The position numbers and the translations under genes are program-made. The notes beneath the pieces are model-generated. The model saw only the letters and a list, made by a program, of their open reading frames with translations. It did no database searches and had not been told where the DNA came from. Positions 53,076 to 61,950 of a DNA stretch of 64,000 bases are shown here, one piece after another; positions within the stretch are counted from its first letter, which is position 1; each line of letters opens with the position of its first letter. Source of the stretch: a phage; sequence record PQ826431.1. One strand, written 5' to 3'.

Positions 53076-54184
53076 GTTCCCTCCACCATTTCCCGTAAAC
53101 GGACACCTGTTGGTTTAGTAGGTATTCCACCATCAGAAAACTCTTCATACTCAATCTCAACAAATTTACCAATTAACATTTCGGCATTCTCTGCTTTACG
53201 ATAATTGATAGTCTCATGAGCATCTTTACGCATTAAGAATTCGACTACTTTACCATTTTCCATCTCACCTGTCAACACTCCATCGCCATTTTTATCACTT
53301 TTTGAATTTGTTACTTTAACTTCAAGGGTGTGGCGAGGCTTACGTTTAATAACGTCATAAGAACGTTTATCAAATTCGTAAACTCCGTGAGCATTACGAT
53401 ATACTACACCTTCAGCTTTCTCAAGTAAAGCTTTTTCATAGAAAGCATCAAACTGTTCTTGGTTTTCAATATACTCTGTATGAACTACGCAAATAAGCTC
53501 GTCAAGACCATAATCTTCAACTACTGCCTTAAGAGCAGTAAGAACATCAACACGTTTTTCAAACGGTAGATCTGGAACTGGAATATCGTATACGTAATAG
53601 TTCAGCAAAGGTGTATTTGCATTATGCTTCTTCCAGGCACTGTTAATTTGTTGTAGACTAAGGACACCTAACCCAGCAAACACTTCACCATCAAGAGGAT
53701 GACCAACAACTTCACTAATAAAGTTTGGAATACCTTTCCAATGAGGTGGCAGGTTGTACACTTCCCCAGCTTTTGATAAACACTCTCCTTTCATGTTAAT
53801 CATAGAACGTAACCCGTTCAGTTTGTATTGTGCATAACCAGGGAACACAACCCTTTCAGGATAATCTTTATAATCCTGGCATTTCATTGGTGTGGAAGGA
53901 ACATGGTTTTCAGCTTCTTCTTTTGTTTTATAATAGCCATTCTTTAACTGTTTTGTCCATTTGGCAAAAGCTTCAAGTTCAGCTTGTTCTTCTGGTGTTG
54001 TTTCATTGGAACGACCAATGTTTTTTGCTTCTGCTGTATAAGATTTTTCTGTGATTTTTCCACCTACCCTTCCATGAGCTACAGTAACAACTGCACCATC
54101 TGTATACACTGTCCACTGTTTAAGTTTTCCTTTTGAATCTTTACCATACAGCGTTTGATTTGTTTGTTGCATTAGTCCTCCCAC
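53057..54184 (-). CDS. ATP-dependent DNA ligase-like protein, 375 aa
   Basis: nucleotidyltransferase motifs I (KLNGLR, Asn replacing usual Asp), III (DGEVFA), IV (EGVVYR), V (VIKRK). Confidence 0.6.
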   Translation of the reverse strand: MGGLMQQTNQTLYGKDSKGKLKQWTVYTDGAVVTVAHGRVGGKITEKSYTAEAKNIGRSNETTPEEQAELEAFAKWTKQLKNGYYKTKEEAENHVPSTPMKCQDYKDYPERVVFPGYAQYKLNGLRSMINMKGECLSKAGEVYNLPPHWKGIPNFISEVVGHPLDGEVFAGLGVLSLQQINSAWKKHNANTPLLNYYVYDIPVPDLPFEKRVDVLTALKAVVEDYGLDELICVVHTEYIENQEQFDAFYEKALLEKAEGVVYRNAHGVYEFDKRSYDVIKRKPRHTLEVKVTNSKSDKNGDGVLTGEMENGKVVEFLMRKDAHETINYRKAENAEMLIGKFVEIEYEEFSDGGIPTKPTGVRLREMVEGTWEPRE

Positions 54185-54393
54185 TTAAAAACTGAAATTT
54201 TCAATCTGTTACACACTTCATCCAAATCTGCGTCGAGTAACGTTGTAGATGTTGCCAACATATAATCAATGCTTGTGAAACCTTGCCCTTTGGCATAGTC
54301 AAGCATATCTTCATACATATCTTCAAGATCACCGTCATCAAAAGTAGCTAGAAAATCCTCGTCCCCGCTACGAACATAAAATGCAGTACTCAT
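54172..54393 (-). CDS. hypothetical acidic protein (73 aa)
   Basis: ORF track. Confidence 0.5.
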   Translation of the reverse strand: MSTAFYVRSGDEDFLATFDDGDLEDMYEDMLDYAKGQGFTSIDYMLATSTTLLDADLDEVCNRLKISVFKWED

Positions 54394-54578
54394 TCATCTT
54401 CATCCCAAGATTCACAAGCACAACAATCATAGATTTCTATAATACCAGTACGTCCACAAGAAAGGCAAGTGATTTTATCACCGTAGAATACATAATTCTC
54501 GTCTCCGTTGGTATTCACGGAAATCAGATCACTGCCACAGGGACATTCCAACCAAGGCACAATGATATCTTTCTTCAT
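54390..54578 (-). CDS. small zinc-ribbon protein (62 aa)
   Basis: CPCGSD, CLSCG, CCAC. Confidence 0.5.
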   Translation of the reverse strand: MKKDIIVPWLECPCGSDLISVNTNGDENYVFYGDKITCLSCGRTGIIEIYDCCACESWDEDE

Positions 54579-54587
54579 GTTTTCTCC

Positions 54588-54740
54588 TTAACCTTTAGGT
54601 GTGCAGAATCCACGATCAAATACATTCTTACGGATGCCTTCTGCTAAAGCCATCTCACAAGCCCCTTGCGATCCGAATTCTTGTGTATAATCATTACTAC
54701 CATGACTCCAAAGAGCAAACAAAATATAGATTGTTGCCAT
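54588..54740 (-). CDS. hypothetical small protein (50 aa)
   Basis: ATG after RBS AAGGAGG; not in track. Confidence 0.35.
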   Translation of the reverse strand: MATIYILFALWSHGSNDYTQEFGSQGACEMALAEGIRKNVFDRGFCTPKG

Positions 54741-54749
54741 TTTTCCTCC

Positions 54750-55076
54750 TTAAGCATTCAGTTCGCTGTTGAGTTCATATATCTCCTCTTGAAGAGAATA
54801 GATCTCTTCCTCCAAACGGGAGATCTCTTCTTTTAGATATACCATTTCGGATTCTTTCTCTTCTAATTCATTTTCAAATTTTACTTTATTAGCCTCATTT
54901 TCATAATGCAGTTCAGCGTAATCATCACGCATTTGTTCAATAAGATGAATCAGAGACAAGATATAATTGTCTCCCGTTTCATCACACCACTCTTCACCGT
55001 GACGGAGAACGGTAATTCGTCCAGTATCTTCATCTAAAATTGTCTCATATTTACAATCATCTGTATAAATCTGCAT
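54750..55076 (-). CDS. coiled-coil protein (108 aa)
   Basis: ORF track; heptad-rich C-terminus. Confidence 0.55.
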   Translation of the reverse strand: MQIYTDDCKYETILDEDTGRITVLRHGEEWCDETGDNYILSLIHLIEQMRDDYAELHYENEANKVKFENELEEKESEMVYLKEEISRLEEEIYSLQEEIYELNSELNA

Positions 55077-55085
55077 TATTTCTCC

Positions 55086-55490
55086 TTATTGAAGTTTAAG
55101 TGAACCACGAAGACGTTTCTCTTGCTGATCACGGATATATTGTGGAACCTCGTGAATTGAATCATTACCGTGCCTATTTTCAACAACTAAAGAGATAACT
55201 TGATAACCAAACTCTTCAGCAAGAGCTAGATAAGGTTTAAGTTCTTTCTCTGTGGTTGAAGTATTAGAAACAATAATCTTGTTAAGATTAGATGCCATAG
55301 CATCACGAACAATACCCTGACACCATGCGTGTGCTTTACCTACATTTTCTGGCTTCCAATCGTAAACACCACTCTCTGTGTAATGATATTGATCTGCCTC
55401 ACAGATAGGCCAATAACCTTCAGAAATAATTTCTGCTACTGTAGATTTACCAGCACCTGAAACACCACGTAAAATGATAAGTTGTTTCAT
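55086..55490 (-). CDS. P-loop nucleotide kinase (polynucleotide kinase-like), 134 aa
   Basis: Walker A GVSGAGKST; immediately downstream of RNA ligase gene. Confidence 0.6.
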   Translation of the reverse strand: MKQLIILRGVSGAGKSTVAEIISEGYWPICEADQYHYTESGVYDWKPENVGKAHAWCQGIVRDAMASNLNKIIVSNTSTTEKELKPYLALAEEFGYQVISLVVENRHGNDSIHEVPQYIRDQQEKRLRGSLKLQ

Positions 55491-56423
55491 TTATCCTCCA
55501 AAAAAGTTTTCGATTTTTTCACGTCGCTCTTGCTGATTTAAAGCAGCCCATTGAATCTTCGTAAAATTATTTCGAATCCATTCTAACAAAGCGTAATATT
55601 CTTCGTCAACCATTTGTTTGGCATTTTTTGGATTATCCCAAATCAGATCCCACTTTTTATCTCCACCGCGCATAAGAAACTTCTTAGTAAGATAGTGTGG
55701 TGATTTAATTTTTAAAAGTAAGTTGAACGGATAGTTTGTTTCACGAACTACAAACCCTTCGTGTTTACAATGTTTAGACATTTCAACAACATCTGAAAAC
55801 TTAACCATTGGATGAACTTCAGGACGCTTAAATTTGGTGACAGAAGCAATTCCATCAAGAGCACCTTCAGGTAACATAAAACTTGTCCCATCAGGATTTT
55901 GAATTCTGGCACCAATTAAGTATGCACCTGGTTCTTCTTCGACAATATGCGGATCAGAAGGATCACAGATTTCAAAAAGGAAAGTTGCTTTTGCACTCTC
56001 TGTCCATTTGATGAAATGTTCTATGTCATCACACTCTGAAATAATATGATTCTTTGCAATACTTGCAAAATCTGATTCAAGGCTTCCTGTTGTCGATACA
56101 ATAAGTTGACCTTTATATACACCTACAGAGGCCATAAAACCATTTACTTTACGAACCACATCTACAAGTTCATCCGCTGGTAGATCTGTGCCATTCTCAA
56201 AACGATTAAAAATCTTAGTGAAAGGCCAAATAACAACATTGTCATCAGCATCAACAACGATTCCGCGACATTCTAGAAGACGAGAATCAATGCTCCATAA
56301 GTTATCCCAGAAAACTTTGTTCTTATACTTAAGAACAGATAGACCAGAATACTCTCCTTCTTTATATGTTTTCTTATGAACTAAACCTTTTTCAACCAAA
56401 TCGTCGCAATTAAATTTAGCCAC
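55491..56423 (-). CDS. RNA ligase (Rnl-type nucleotidyltransferase), 310 aa
   Basis: motif I RKVNGF (K-x-x-G), motif IV EGFVVRE, motif V LLKIKS. Confidence 0.6.
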   Translation of the reverse strand: MAKFNCDDLVEKGLVHKKTYKEGEYSGLSVLKYKNKVFWDNLWSIDSRLLECRGIVVDADDNVVIWPFTKIFNRFENGTDLPADELVDVVRKVNGFMASVGVYKGQLIVSTTGSLESDFASIAKNHIISECDDIEHFIKWTESAKATFLFEICDPSDPHIVEEEPGAYLIGARIQNPDGTSFMLPEGALDGIASVTKFKRPEVHPMVKFSDVVEMSKHCKHEGFVVRETNYPFNLLLKIKSPHYLTKKFLMRGGDKKWDLIWDNPKNAKQMVDEEYYALLEWIRNNFTKIQWAALNQQERREKIENFFGG

Positions 56424-56424
56424 A

Positions 56425-56976
56425 TTATTCTCCTTTGATTATTTTGTGATGGTCTACAGTCACGATATCTCGTTTACTCATCATAGAAATTATCTCATCA
56501 AAATGCAAGATTTTTCCGTGTGCATCCCAACCCACATCTAACATTTTACCATAAGCTTCATCAGGGAAAGATCCGTGGGAATGCCCGTGTAGCATGATTG
56601 ATCCACGACCTTGTTTATTCCAGGAGGCCATAGGGTAATGGCTTAAGACGAAGAACAGCTTCTGATATTTCACTTCGTCATAATACACCACTTCTCCATA
56701 CTCTGCAAGCACTTCTCGGTGTTTGCTGTAGTCATGGTTCCCAACACAGTAGGTGATATCTCCTTGGAGACGGGAAGCAATTTTACGGGTATCTTCTTCA
56801 GTTCCGAAACAGAAGTCGCCCAAATGCCACATCTTAACACCAGGAGTAGTAGCACATTTGTTCCATGCTTCGATCAAGGCTTCTGTCATGTGGTCCATAT
56901 CTTCCCACGGACGATATTCAGGAGCAAACTCTCGAATACGTTTATGCATAAAATGCAAATCGCTTGTAATAAACAT
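56425..56976 (-). CDS. calcineurin-like metallophosphoesterase, 183 aa
   Basis: DLHFMH, GDF, GNHD, HGHSH motifs. Confidence 0.7.
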   Translation of the reverse strand: MFITSDLHFMHKRIREFAPEYRPWEDMDHMTEALIEAWNKCATTPGVKMWHLGDFCFGTEEDTRKIASRLQGDITYCVGNHDYSKHREVLAEYGEVVYYDEVKYQKLFFVLSHYPMASWNKQGRGSIMLHGHSHGSFPDEAYGKMLDVGWDAHGKILHFDEIISMMSKRDIVTVDHHKIIKGE

Positions 56977-57332
56977 TAGTATAATCCCTCGCTAAATAAT
57001 TCATGGTCGTGACCATTACGCTCATGGTCGATCTGGTCAGCATTTTCCGCGATAATGTAAGCATCCGCACGACTCCACCAATTGTAATACTGATCGATAA
57101 AGCCTTGATTATCTGGTGTGCACAAAGTTTTGTTGATTACACCTGCTTCTTTCAACACGTTTAACTGTGCATATAGTACAGGATTTGCATGTCGAACACA
57201 AGGAATAATTAATTCTTCACCATTATTCAAAATATACTTATTTGCAGCACAGACGATAACACGTTGCGCATAATGCCCCTCACCAATCCAGGTAAGAGGT
57301 TGGTAACAAATGTTGTTTTCAATACCACTCAT
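56976..57332 (-). CDS. hypothetical protein (118 aa)
   Basis: ORF track. Confidence 0.55.
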   Translation of the reverse strand: MSGIENNICYQPLTWIGEGHYAQRVIVCAANKYILNNGEELIIPCVRHANPVLYAQLNVLKEAGVINKTLCTPDNQGFIDQYYNWWSRADAYIIAENADQIDHERNGHDHELFSEGLY

Positions 57333-57338
57333 TGTTTC

Positions 57339-57482
57339 CTAATCCTCCTCTCTTAAGTTATCCTCGAAAAAACTAGTATCTGGAAGTAAAAGATCATTGC
57401 TTGTGTCGGGCCAATCCTCTTCTTCTCTGTAGATAAAGTAACCTTCGTCCTCTTCTTGTTCCGACCAAACCGAATGATGCAT
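57339..57482 (-). CDS. small acidic protein (47 aa)
   Basis: ATG after RBS TAAGGAGAG; not in track. Confidence 0.35.
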   Translation of the reverse strand: MHHSVWSEQEEDEGYFIYREEEDWPDTSNDLLLPDTSFFEDNLREED

Positions 57483-57491
57483 GTTCTCTCC

Positions 57492-57848
57492 TTAGTAGTG
57501 CACACGAATCATTTTAATACCATAACGCTGCATGGATTCTTTTGCAAGCATGAATTTATCCCCAGCGGCGGGATTAGAAGTATGCACGAAAATGGTAGGT
57601 GAACCAAAGCAAGGTTTACCAAACGCCAGAAGTTCTTCCAGATGCAGGAAAACATCATACCCATCTTGGTCTGACTCCATACCCAAATCGTTGTCAAAAT
57701 GCCACTCGTCTACAAAACGATAACCCTTCTGCACCTCATTCATGTAGTGAGAGGCAAGAAGTTCCTGTGATGTTTTAAACCAGATTGCATCTGGACAACC
57801 ATAATCTTTTGGATCACGTAAATCATCAAGCCAAATAATAGTACTCAT
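57492..57848 (-). CDS. hypothetical protein (118 aa)
   Basis: ORF track. Confidence 0.55.
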   Translation of the reverse strand: MSTIIWLDDLRDPKDYGCPDAIWFKTSQELLASHYMNEVQKGYRFVDEWHFDNDLGMESDQDGYDVFLHLEELLAFGKPCFGSPTIFVHTSNPAAGDKFMLAKESMQRYGIKMIRVHY

Positions 57849-57858
57849 ATAACCTCCT

Positions 57859-58329
57859 CTAAGCTGGCATTATTAAAAAAGAACTCTCCACTTCAAAATG
57901 CCAATCGTCAACAAGCCCTGATTCCCAATCCTTCTCTTCATGGAAAGAGCAAATCCAACGGTACATACCTGGCGGTGTATTATCAACATCTTCTGGCAAC
58001 CCGTAATCCAAAGCTGTCAAACCGTTCTCTGTAAAACTAGGATGGAGATTAGGAGCTTTCAATACAGAAACCCTTCCTCCAACATCTACAGCCACAATCC
58101 ACTCTGTCATGTATGGGCTGTCATATTGAGGTTCATCAGAACCTACCTCAACAGCCTCTGTGCGTAAGATGATAATAGCCTGCTCTGTGATTGGGGCTTT
58201 GACAATATACCCGTGATCCTCAAAAAGATCGATAACCTCGAACTCATCGCCGTTTTCGACACCATAACTCTTATTCAAAGAGATAAACTTCGGGTTATCA
58301 TCGTAAGCTTTAGTTACTTTAATTCTCAT
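57859..58329 (-). CDS. hypothetical protein (156 aa)
   Basis: ORF track. Confidence 0.55.
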   Translation of the reverse strand: MRIKVTKAYDDNPKFISLNKSYGVENGDEFEVIDLFEDHGYIVKAPITEQAIIILRTEAVEVGSDEPQYDSPYMTEWIVAVDVGGRVSVLKAPNLHPSFTENGLTALDYGLPEDVDNTPPGMYRWICSFHEEKDWESGLVDDWHFEVESSFLIMPA

Positions 58330-58550
58330 TTTTCCTCCTTCACTTTAACCTCAAATTCTACAGGCTTACCCTCAATGTAAAAACAATGATACTCTGCCTT
58401 ATCATCCTCATCACGAGGCCAAGTTACCAAGGAGTTATAGCAATCTTCTGGTGCTTTGAAGATGGTTTTAGTCTCCACAGTAACATTCCCATTAAGTGTT
58501 GCCAATACCACCCACCCAGTTACAGGGATCATAGTGCCTCCACTTTCCAC
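58326..58550 (-). CDS. hypothetical protein (74 aa)
   Basis: ORF track. Confidence 0.5.
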   Translation of the reverse strand: MESGGTMIPVTGWVVLATLNGNVTVETKTIFKAPEDCYNSLVTWPRDEDDKAEYHCFYIEGKPVEFEVKVKEEK

Positions 58551-58711
58551 GTTTTACCCTTATCAACCAAGGTCTTTGCTACAGCATACTCCTTCCCATT
58601 AACAAGGAAATAATAAACGATAAAAGATTTCCCGATTGTTACTGTCTTAGTAACCTCTACACGTTTAACACCTTGCATGTATTTTGCCTTACCGGAATAG
58701 AGTAAAATCAT
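58529..58711 (-). CDS. hypothetical protein (60 aa)
   Basis: ORF track. Confidence 0.45.
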   Translation of the reverse strand: MILLYSGKAKYMQGVKRVEVTKTVTIGKSFIVYYFLVNGKEYAVAKTLVDKGKTWKVEAL

Positions 58712-58989
58712 TTTGCATTCCTCTTGTTGTTGATAACATCCATAGCAGTATATGGTTTATTAGTGCCATGATACTCCAGAATCATTGGAGAGCCTTCTTG
58801 CACTACTTCAAAGATACCATAAACAGAACTTTCAGCAAATACCATTTGCTTCGTGCCTTCATCGTTTACAACGAGAGAAAACTTCTTGCCTGTCCCGTTG
58901 AGGATCTCGTATTTCTTGCCAGCAGTGAATAATCCAGAGTACCACTCATTATCTGTTGCTTTTACACACTTCAGGAAAGTCTTGATCAT
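58708..58989 (-). CDS. hypothetical protein (93 aa)
   Basis: ORF track. Confidence 0.5.
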   Translation of the reverse strand: MIKTFLKCVKATDNEWYSGLFTAGKKYEILNGTGKKFSLVVNDEGTKQMVFAESSVYGIFEVVQEGSPMILEYHGTNKPYTAMDVINNKRNAK

Positions 58990-59339
58990 TTCTTTTTGCT
59001 CCTCTTTTTAGATTTCTCATACAAACCTAACACAGCCGCTTCTTTTGCACAAGTAGGAACTGAAGTCATCCCTCTTCTTTTTGCTTCTGGTAGTTGCAAA
59101 GTCCATATTCCCCACCAATAAATTTGGTCTGCCGTGAGTGGTTCAGCCATTGGATCTGCCTCCTGCTCCTCAAGACGTTGCAACGCTTCTTCAATCTTCT
59201 CGATTGGTGTGTCAAAGACGAATGCCTCCGTATCAAATTTATCTTTCTTAGGAACTGATTTAGCTACTTTGAGAACCTCGTTTTTCGGTTTCTTAGTAAC
59301 GTTCTTTGGCTTTGATAACTTCTTCGGTGTTTTCGCCAC
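58986..59339 (-). CDS. lysine-rich basic protein (117 aa), possible DNA-binding
   Basis: ORF track; N-terminal K/P-rich histone H1-like tract. Confidence 0.5.
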   Translation of the reverse strand: MAKTPKKLSKPKNVTKKPKNEVLKVAKSVPKKDKFDTEAFVFDTPIEKIEEALQRLEEQEADPMAEPLTADQIYWWGIWTLQLPEAKRRGMTSVPTCAKEAAVLGLYEKSKKRSKKK

Positions 59340-59532
59340 TTACTACCTCCATACGATCTAAAAAGTCATTCACAAATCTCCAGTAACGTTGACCTGTTCT
59401 AAGATCTTCATAGATAACCACAGGATCAAACACTTTAGATATTCCGGCAGGTTTTGGAAATTCCACTACTGTATATAAACCACCTTTTGCTACACAAGAA
59501 TAGGTTACGCCTGTAATTGGATAGTTGCTCAT
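59293..59532 (-). CDS. hypothetical protein (79 aa)
   Basis: ORF track. Confidence 0.5.
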   Translation of the reverse strand: MSNYPITGVTYSCVAKGGLYTVVEFPKPAGISKVFDPVVIYEDLRTGQRYWRFVNDFLDRMEVVSGENTEEVIKAKERY

Positions 59533-59723
59533 TTCTTTACGTACTCCATGATTGGGGTATGGTCGCCAGTAAGCGTAACACGGCTGTAGGACACATCTTG
59601 TGTCTTCAGTGTATCAATCCACTCTAAGAAGTGTTCTTTCGCTTCTGTGTAGTTCTGTGTTCCTTTAACAACGTGTATACCATCTAGAGTTACACGGAAT
59701 ACCATTTGAATAACGTCTTTCAT
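59529..59723 (-). CDS. hypothetical protein (64 aa)
   Basis: ORF track. Confidence 0.5.
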   Translation of the reverse strand: MKDVIQMVFRVTLDGIHVVKGTQNYTEAKEHFLEWIDTLKTQDVSYSRVTLTGDHTPIMEYVKK

Positions 59724-59836
59724 TTCTTACCTCCTTTGTTGTCAAAATAACTTACCAGAACATCGTGAACCACACACATGGCAAAAATCAGAACAATTGT
59801 TGTCAGGACTGGATTCTCACTAATTAGTGCTATCAT
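59720..59836 (-). CDS. small membrane peptide (38 aa)
   Basis: track ORF 59720-59917 trimmed to ATG after RBS GGAGGTGG. Confidence 0.35.
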   Translation of the reverse strand: MIALISENPVLTTIVLIFAMCVVHDVLVSYFDNKGGKK

Positions 59837-60143
59837 CTTTAACCACCTCCAATTGCCTTTCGAGTTTGACTTTGTTTGAGAACTGATAATGACACAACTT
59901 ACATTGCATGTCAACAATCTGATCGTGATTTAACCCTACAATTTTAACTTCCTTTGCACCATCCCACTCCAAATACTCAAAGCCATCCAAATGATTACTC
60001 TTGTCCAACAGGAATGCTATCTGCTGCCATTCAATCTGAATGTCATTTAAATGATATGCTGCACAGAAGATATCTTCATAGTAAAAGACGATCATTGTCA
60101 TTGCTTCGTCCAGCACAACTACCTCTTGTCTTGTAAATCTCAT
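59820..60143 (-). CDS. hypothetical protein (107 aa), first gene of minus-strand block
   Basis: ORF track; RBS TAGGAGGCT. Confidence 0.55.
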   Translation of the reverse strand: MRFTRQEVVVLDEAMTMIVFYYEDIFCAAYHLNDIQIEWQQIAFLLDKSNHLDGFEYLEWDGAKEVKIVGLNHDQIVDMQCKLCHYQFSNKVKLERQLEVVKDDSTN

Positions 60144-60624
60144 TCTAGCCTCCTAAACGCGTCTCTGACGCACTTTTTATATATAAGATGATAAATCACC
60201 TTACCTAGTAAGTAAACTTGCTCTACGAGCCTCTTATGAAGCTTGTGTTATAGGCTATACTATTGCTACCTGTTTAAGCAAGGTTTTTGCACACAGAAAA
60301 TAATTTTTAATAAAACTCTTGACTTTTGTGTTCGAAGTATGCTACCCTGGAAATCTATTAACGAGCGCAGCGAGTTAAGGTTTTAGGTTGTTGATGTAGT
60401 ACTCTGTACTCAAGTACTGTATTCCGTACTAGATTAATAATTATTAAATATTAATAATAAATAATTATTAGATCTAACAAACAGGTACAGTGTATCAGAA
60501 CTGGTACGTACAGATCAACTTCTATCAATTAAAAATAAAATAATAAATTATTATAAATAATACTTGATCTATAGATCAGTATGAAGTACAGTACGGAACA
60601 TCTTAACAAGAATGGAGGTGTGCA
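60144..60624. other. divergent AT-rich intergenic region with nested palindromes; candidate origin / bidirectional control region
   Basis: palindromes TGATCTATAGATCA, TAATAATTATTA tracts, distant inverted repeats GTATTCCGTACT / AGTACGGAAC; no ORF. Confidence 0.5.
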
Positions 60625-60810
60625 ATGATTAGTGAGAATCCGTGCAAATGGCATCATGTGCCTATTAAAGATTGTATGTCTTGTAATCCACGTTCTATTT
60701 ATAACATTGCATCTTATGATGACGACAATGTGTTAGACGATGATGAAGGCTGGGAGGATTTAGATTGGACTGGTTATGAAACCAAAAAGGATAAAATTAT
60801 TCCTAGTTGA
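60625..60810 (+). CDS. hypothetical acidic protein (61 aa)
   Basis: ORF track; RBS GGAGGTG. Confidence 0.5.
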   Translation: MISENPCKWHHVPIKDCMSCNPRSIYNIASYDDDNVLDDDEGWEDLDWTGYETKKDKIIPS

Positions 60811-60847
60811 CTTAAGATATCCTTCGTGCTAAACTAGAAGTGAGGAG

Positions 60848-61099
60848 ATGCCGATCACTCCCCATTTGGGGTTCGAAGGATATATGCAAAATAGCTTTTA
60901 TTTTAGGTGCCGTGCTTGTAATAGGCATTTGACAAACCACTCCAGACGTGATAAAAATGGAGTCATCAAGGAATCAGACCTCTGTTCTATTTGCACAGGT
61001 TTGGCTTTTGATGATAGTCCCGAAAGGGTTTATCAGCATCAATGTATAACAGACGTTCTCGTGTCAAACTTGGTAGAGGACGAACAACTAACAGATTAG
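60848..61099 (+). CDS. zinc-ribbon protein (83 aa), start uncertain
   Basis: CRACNRH and CSICTG; RBS spacing poor at track start. Confidence 0.45.
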   Translation: MPITPHLGFEGYMQNSFYFRCRACNRHLTNHSRRDKNGVIKESDLCSICTGLAFDDSPERVYQHQCITDVLVSNLVEDEQLTD

Positions 61100-61107
61100 G
61101 AGGAACA

Positions 61108-61356
61108 ATGTCTCTATTAGAAAAACACGTGTTTGAAGATGGTAACGGCAATGCAGTTTTTCTTTTCCATCCAGAAAAATACACATCTGAAAACAATGGT
61201 ACAACTTCTATTGTAATCACTAAAGATGTTAAAGTTATTGATTTCTTGGCTCTGATGCGAGAGATGGATCTTGAAATTAATACTTTTAACGCAGAAGCTT
61301 TGGTTGTTGCTCTTCTGGAAAAGAAAGATAGTGAAGAAGTAGCAGAATATGCTTAA
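61108..61356 (+). CDS. hypothetical protein (82 aa)
   Basis: track ORF trimmed to ATG after RBS TAGGAGGAACA. Confidence 0.55.
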   Translation: MSLLEKHVFEDGNGNAVFLFHPEKYTSENNGTTSIVITKDVKVIDFLALMREMDLEINTFNAEALVVALLEKKDSEEVAEYA

Positions 61357-61364
61357 ATAACTAT

Positions 61365-61393
61365 TGACAAACGTATCCTTCATATGTTAGGAT
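61365..61393 (+). promoter_or_regulatory. promoter (TTGACA-17-TAGGAT, ATGT box)
   Basis: same promoter class as 61951, 63038, 63803. Confidence 0.5.
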
Positions 61394-61600
61394 ACGTTCA
61401 TCAAGTGTGGTAACAGGGTCGTTGACTTTTGTTAAGAGGGGCTTGCACTGCGGTAGTGTTAGAGACTACTTCTTCAGAGGTTAGCTACCAAAGAGGAAAA
61501 GGAATAGTCTCGGCTCAAGAACTTTTACGCTGAAAGTTGGGCTTGGTCTTAGAGAATGTAGCGGTTCTCTACAATCGTCAGCGTCTCTGTTACCACATTT
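61394..61600 (+). ncRNA. candidate structured leader / small stable RNA upstream of tRNA cluster
   Basis: no ORF; several local hairpins and long-range complementarity GTGGTAACAG / CTGTTACCAC at its ends. Confidence 0.3.
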
Positions 61601-61602
61601 AT

Positions 61603-61677
61603 GGCCCTGTAGCTCAATGGGAGAGCTGTCGGCTCATAACCGATAGGTAGCTGGATCGAAACCAGCCAGGGCCACCA
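61603..61677 (+). tRNA. tRNA-Met (anticodon CAT; initiator/elongator/Ile2 not resolved), incl. CCA
   Basis: manual cloverleaf: acceptor GGCCCTG/CAGGGCC, D GCTC/GAGC, anticodon loop CTCATAA, T-arm GCTGG-ATCGAAA-CCAGC. Confidence 0.8.
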
Positions 61678-61679
61678 AC

Positions 61680-61754
61680 GTCTTTATGGTGTAATGGATA
61701 GCACAGGAGTCTTCTAAACTCTTAGTCAAGGTTCGATTCCTTGTAAAGACACCA
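61680..61754 (+). tRNA. tRNA-Arg (anticodon TCT), incl. CCA
   Basis: manual cloverleaf: acceptor GTCTTTA/TAAAGAC, anticodon loop CTTCTAA, T-arm CAAGG-TTCGATT-CCTTG. Confidence 0.8.
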
Positions 61755-61950
61755 GAACATTTTAACATGAATTAGCTCAAGTGATTTGAACCCACTACTG
61801 ATCATGGTGGCAGAGAATGAGGCAAGTATGTCAGACATTATAAACAAAGGCCACGGTTATATTAGAAGACATAAATGCTCGAAGAGCACCGTTCGTTGAG
61901 AACGGGGGTTGGTGGAGTCACCATTCATGGTAAAATGTTTTAAAAAACTA

